Origin: Eimeria praecox
Taxonomy: Eukaryota
Assembly (NCBI GenBank): GCA_963920595.1
Contig: OY986948.1
Location: 372,001 to 436,000 of the forward strand
Direction: 5' to 3'
Length of the DNA: 64,000 bases
A model generated the notes under the pieces. The model was not told the DNA's origin. It saw only the letters and a list, made by a program, of their open reading frames with translations, and ran no database searches. Below, piece by piece: positions 60,701 to 64,000 of the stretch; position 1 is the stretch's first letter, and each line of letters opens with the position of its first letter. A program made the position numbers and the translations under genes.

Positions 60701-63164
60701 TTTCTCGGACTTCAAATGCCGCTCAGGTTACGCTTTAGCCTCCTCCATTTATGGTAGTTCCACTCGGGGCTTTCTCCGTCATTTCCTATGCCGATTATTT
60801 GTTCTGTGTATTAGTACCATAACTGTTGCATTAGAGTGTGTTCACGTGCGTGCTAACTTTCCTTTCCGCTGGTGTATTCCTGTTTTATTCTTTTATTCAT
60901 CGTTTCGTCTGTTGCTGCCTCAAGTGGTTTGTTTCACATTCGCCTTGTTGCTTTTTTAATCTATAGTTATATGCACCACATTGTGCTGTGATGCTTGTGG
61001 TTGCATGTGCATTCATCTGTTGTTACTCCTAGGCGCGTTTCACTCGGTCCAGCCAAGCGACATGCTGGCCGAGCTGCAGGGCCGACTGCCGGTTCGAGTG
61101 TTTTTAAAGCCTCTTTCTGAAGAAGATTTTTACCAAATTATGACCAAAACAAAACACAATTTAATTGAACAGCATAAGGGTAAATACGTGCCCAAGCAGC
61201 AACGCCAGCAACAGCAGCAACACCCGTATATAATACGACTCCCGTGTGGCTTATGGTGGCTTATTTGATGCTTGTATCTACGTATCTGCAATGACCGTGC
61301 ATTTGTTCTGTCCTGACTGTTATGTTTGCTCTGATAGTACGATACACAAAGGTTTATATTTAGTTGTGTATAAGTGTTCCTGCTGAGATCGCTTGGCTTG
61401 CCCTGTTCAGCGTTGCTGGCAACGGAAGGCGTTGAATTGAAGTTCAGAGATGACGCGATTGCAGAAGTGGCAAAAGGTGATTCGGCTGTATAAGCAAAAT
61501 CAATAAACACTCTTTGCTGTGCTGGAGCTGAAACAGCCTACGTACGCATAGATAAAATGCAATAGTAGGGCGATAAGCACGAGAGTAGAGGATTCGCAAA
61601 CAATATACGCTGCAGAAGCCCGCATCCACAGCATCTCGACTAAATAAAAAGAGTGGAATAAGCTGCAGAATTAAGCTGTGAATGCATTTCCCTTCAAGAA
61701 AAAAGATGACCTGATACCTAGGAGGGGATTGTAGACATAGCGTGCGCACGAAAGTGTGCGGTCTCTTGCATGCCTTCAACAGGAAGCAGTAGAAGCACAG
61801 CTTCGTTGCTTATAGACATAGCTAATAAGAGCTACTTATGTACATTGTTAAACTAATGATGCATGCAAATAAATCTTCCCAAGTGCTGCAGCTGTATGAA
61901 TATAACATAGTTCGTCAATGCAATAATTTCAGTTCTATACAAATGCTACATTTCGTCAACAGAATTAACAAATCAGTACTCTGCTTGCGGCTTGCCTGCT
62001 GCAGTTGAACCTATGCTTTTGCAATAGAGACAGGAAAAAAGCACAACTGAACAAATCGCATAGGAAACGGAATATTCGTATTGGCTTGTGTCTTGCAGTC
62101 GCCTCTGAAATCAATTCCCATGTTGAAAATATCGGTGCTCGCCGTCTCCACACCATAATTGAGAAGTAAGCCCCCAGCAGCACACTGTAAACCCTCAGTT
62201 GTATACTGTAATTCCTTTGCTGTATACTGTAAAACCGAATCTGTATACCAGAAAGCCTCAAGCAAAAACTGTAAACCTTCAACTGTGTACTGTAAACCCT
62301 CAGCTGTCCCCTGCATGCGGAAAAAGCTCCAAGTGGCGCTGTCCCACTGTGCGTTTGGCCTTCTTGCGATCCATAGTGTACTTAGCGTCTATGTGCATAC
62401 AATCCTTGAAGTCTACCTGCATACAGTACTGTAAACCTAAAAGCGTTTAACGCGTAAAGTCTAAACTCGTACATTACTTAAAATATGGGCGGGCACAGTA
62501 CTTGAAGCCTATGTGCGAATGATGCCCAAAACCTAGCTAAATACAGTACTTAAAGCTTAACCCCTAATCTTGCATCGTTGGGGAGCGAGGTTTAGGGCTG
62601 AGCGCTTTCAAAGAACATTTACAGGATGATAGCGTGCTTTCTTGCTTTTCTTTGCTCATCTTGTTATTTTGTGTCATATATTTGGTTTTCACGTCAGTTA
62701 CTTTGTTGGTTGTGTTTGACTTTGCTTCCTGCCTTCTTTATCATTCAGAGTATTGGAAGATATAAACCTTAACGCCGCTCTTCAGCCGCCTGGCACCACG
62801 TCAGCCTGCAACACAAGCCCTAAGCCCTAGACCCTGAACTACAAACTCTGAAGACTAAACCCTAGACCTTAGCCCTTGATACGCAATTCAGCATGGAGCA
62901 CCTTACTACTGTGTGGTTTCCTGTCTTCGTTAGTGGCTCTTGCTTATGCTTTTTGCCTCCTGTTGTCCTTTGGTTTGCTATACTTTTCTGCTGTTGCATT
63001 TTCCCCTGTTGTTGCTCACATTCCAGGCTACTTCATTTAAACTGTTTAGCGGGTCGGTTGATCTGTTTGTTTGTTTACGCAGGGTGCTGGTGGATCGGCA
63101 GCGCGTGATAGACAGCGTTAAAGGAATGCGCCTTCCCTTTGATCCTTCTCGTTTCATGTTATAG
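54819..63164 (+). CDS. hslU: Mitochondrial ATP-dependent protease ATPase subunit HslU (ClpY), ~636 aa. Exons: 54819-55517, 56099-56224, 56591-56652, 56973-57090, 58197-58308, 58446-58514, 59335-59423, 59997-60083, 60422-60557, 61033-61179, 61411-61476, 62099-62165, 62749-62799, 63083-63164
   Basis: [25 protein letters not shown]; Walker [27 protein letters not shown]; Walker [46 protein letters not shown]-terminal DPSRFML (cf. HslU DLSRFIL). Phases are consistent across 14 exons (1911 nt). Exons 6-7 in the I-domain are the least certain. Confidence 0.95.
55731..55930. other. Assembly gap (200 N) in HslU intron 1
   Basis: Run of N. Confidence 1.
56017..58150. repeat. (AT)n microsatellites (56017-56080, 56773-56845) and ~850 bp of degenerate AT/ATCT-rich repeat (57300-58150) in HslU introns
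   Basis: Directly visible dinucleotide runs. Confidence 0.95.
62183..62308. repeat. 21-bp degenerate minisatellite (actgtaaaccctcagttgtat-like, ~6 copies) in HslU intron 12
   Basis: Recurring (t)actgtaaa(c)cc at ~21-bp spacing. Confidence 0.75.
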
Positions 63165-64000
63165 TTGTGCCTGTGCTTTTTCTAAACGATTCTTTTTTTG
63201 TTTTACCTCCTTCCCAAATCCGGATCTACACGCATGCTGCAGTGTTCAACTGTGCCTGCTCCAAGCTATGCCCTTAACCCTAAAAGCGGCAAACCCTAGC
63301 GGCTGATGAAGGAAAGGATTGTGGCGAGAATGCGTGAAGCCGATTTCTACTTGTTGATATAAACCGAAGACTGGTTGTTTGGTTGACTGCTGTGACCAGT
63401 GAACTGCCAATGCCTTTTAAATAAGACAGTGGGAGGATACGTTAAAAAGCCACGCAAACGCAGATAGAGCCAAATGCTACAGGGCAACGCCCTCAGGCAA
63501 AACACCTGGAGCTGAAGATACGCAGACCAAAACAAAGACAAAGTGTTCTAGAAAGGTTGAAGGGGTGGCCCGTGAAACTGCACATGGACATCCCTGCCAT
63601 TAAGGAAAGACGCTGTAGTCGCTTACTACCCACAAATCCAAGTGGGAGAAGAAGGGGCCATAGGGGCCCCCTGAGGGTATGTGGTCCTCTGTTTTAAAGG
63701 GCCACCATATTATTGGGACCCCCGTACCTTCAGCGTGTCGCTGAGCCTTCCCGCCGCATCACTAACAGGCTCAGAAGGCCAAGCTAACTGAAATATATTC
63801 TTTTTGTTGCTGTATCTTGATTTTTGTGTTCACTGTTGTGGCAACTAGTACTGAAAATGTGTGAAAAAGTCCATCACGGATTCCTCTGGGGCTTGGGAAC
63901 TGTACAAAGCCTCTTGACAAAGAAACGAGCGCAGAGAGGAAGAACAGCAAGCAATGGCACCCATCATCCTATCACCAGTCGTTGCTAAGATGGAGACGAT

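Noticed and set aside
1..64000. tRNA/rRNA genes
   Set aside because: Scattered GGTTCGA words (e.g. ~12257, 18721) have no cloverleaf context; no rRNA-like sequence seen by eye. tRNAscan-SE/Infernal would be needed to exclude small RNAs.

Overview
Eukaryotic, intron-rich genomic DNA from a coccidian apicomplexan, most likely Eimeria. The evidence is a MIC3-type microneme adhesin, massive CAG/CTG trinucleotide arrays, intronic TTTAGGG heptamers and TGCATGCA motifs; the species cannot be fixed from the sequence alone. Nine protein-coding genes were read by hand from splice sites and reading frames. (1) MIC3 with 13 MAR domains, eight of them in near-identical 399-bp tandem units (5463-11218, +). 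(2) An 11-exon, ~1826-aa golgin-like coiled-coil protein whose N-terminus carries a motif resembling the Sec16 C-terminus and is largely invisible in the ORF track (21718-14717, -). (3) A secreted, bacterial-looking probable beta-propeller protein (27649-24515, -). (4) A CDV3-like protein (31516-32829, +). (5) A BRO1/ALIX-family protein (~41127-33730, -). (6) A homopolymer-laden protein with a possible FkbM-like methyltransferase core (42100-45595, +). (7) A cyclophilin H-like PPIase with altered active-site residues (48556-50130, +). (8) CFAP119/CCDC189-like flagellar central-pair protein (51954-50836, -). (9) Mitochondrial HslU/ClpY, with 14 exons and two predicted GC-AG introns (54819-63164, +). 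The window crosses from a repeat-poor segment (<~33 kb) into a repeat-rich one. There is one 200-N assembly gap. Family assignments rest on recalled motifs, not database searches.
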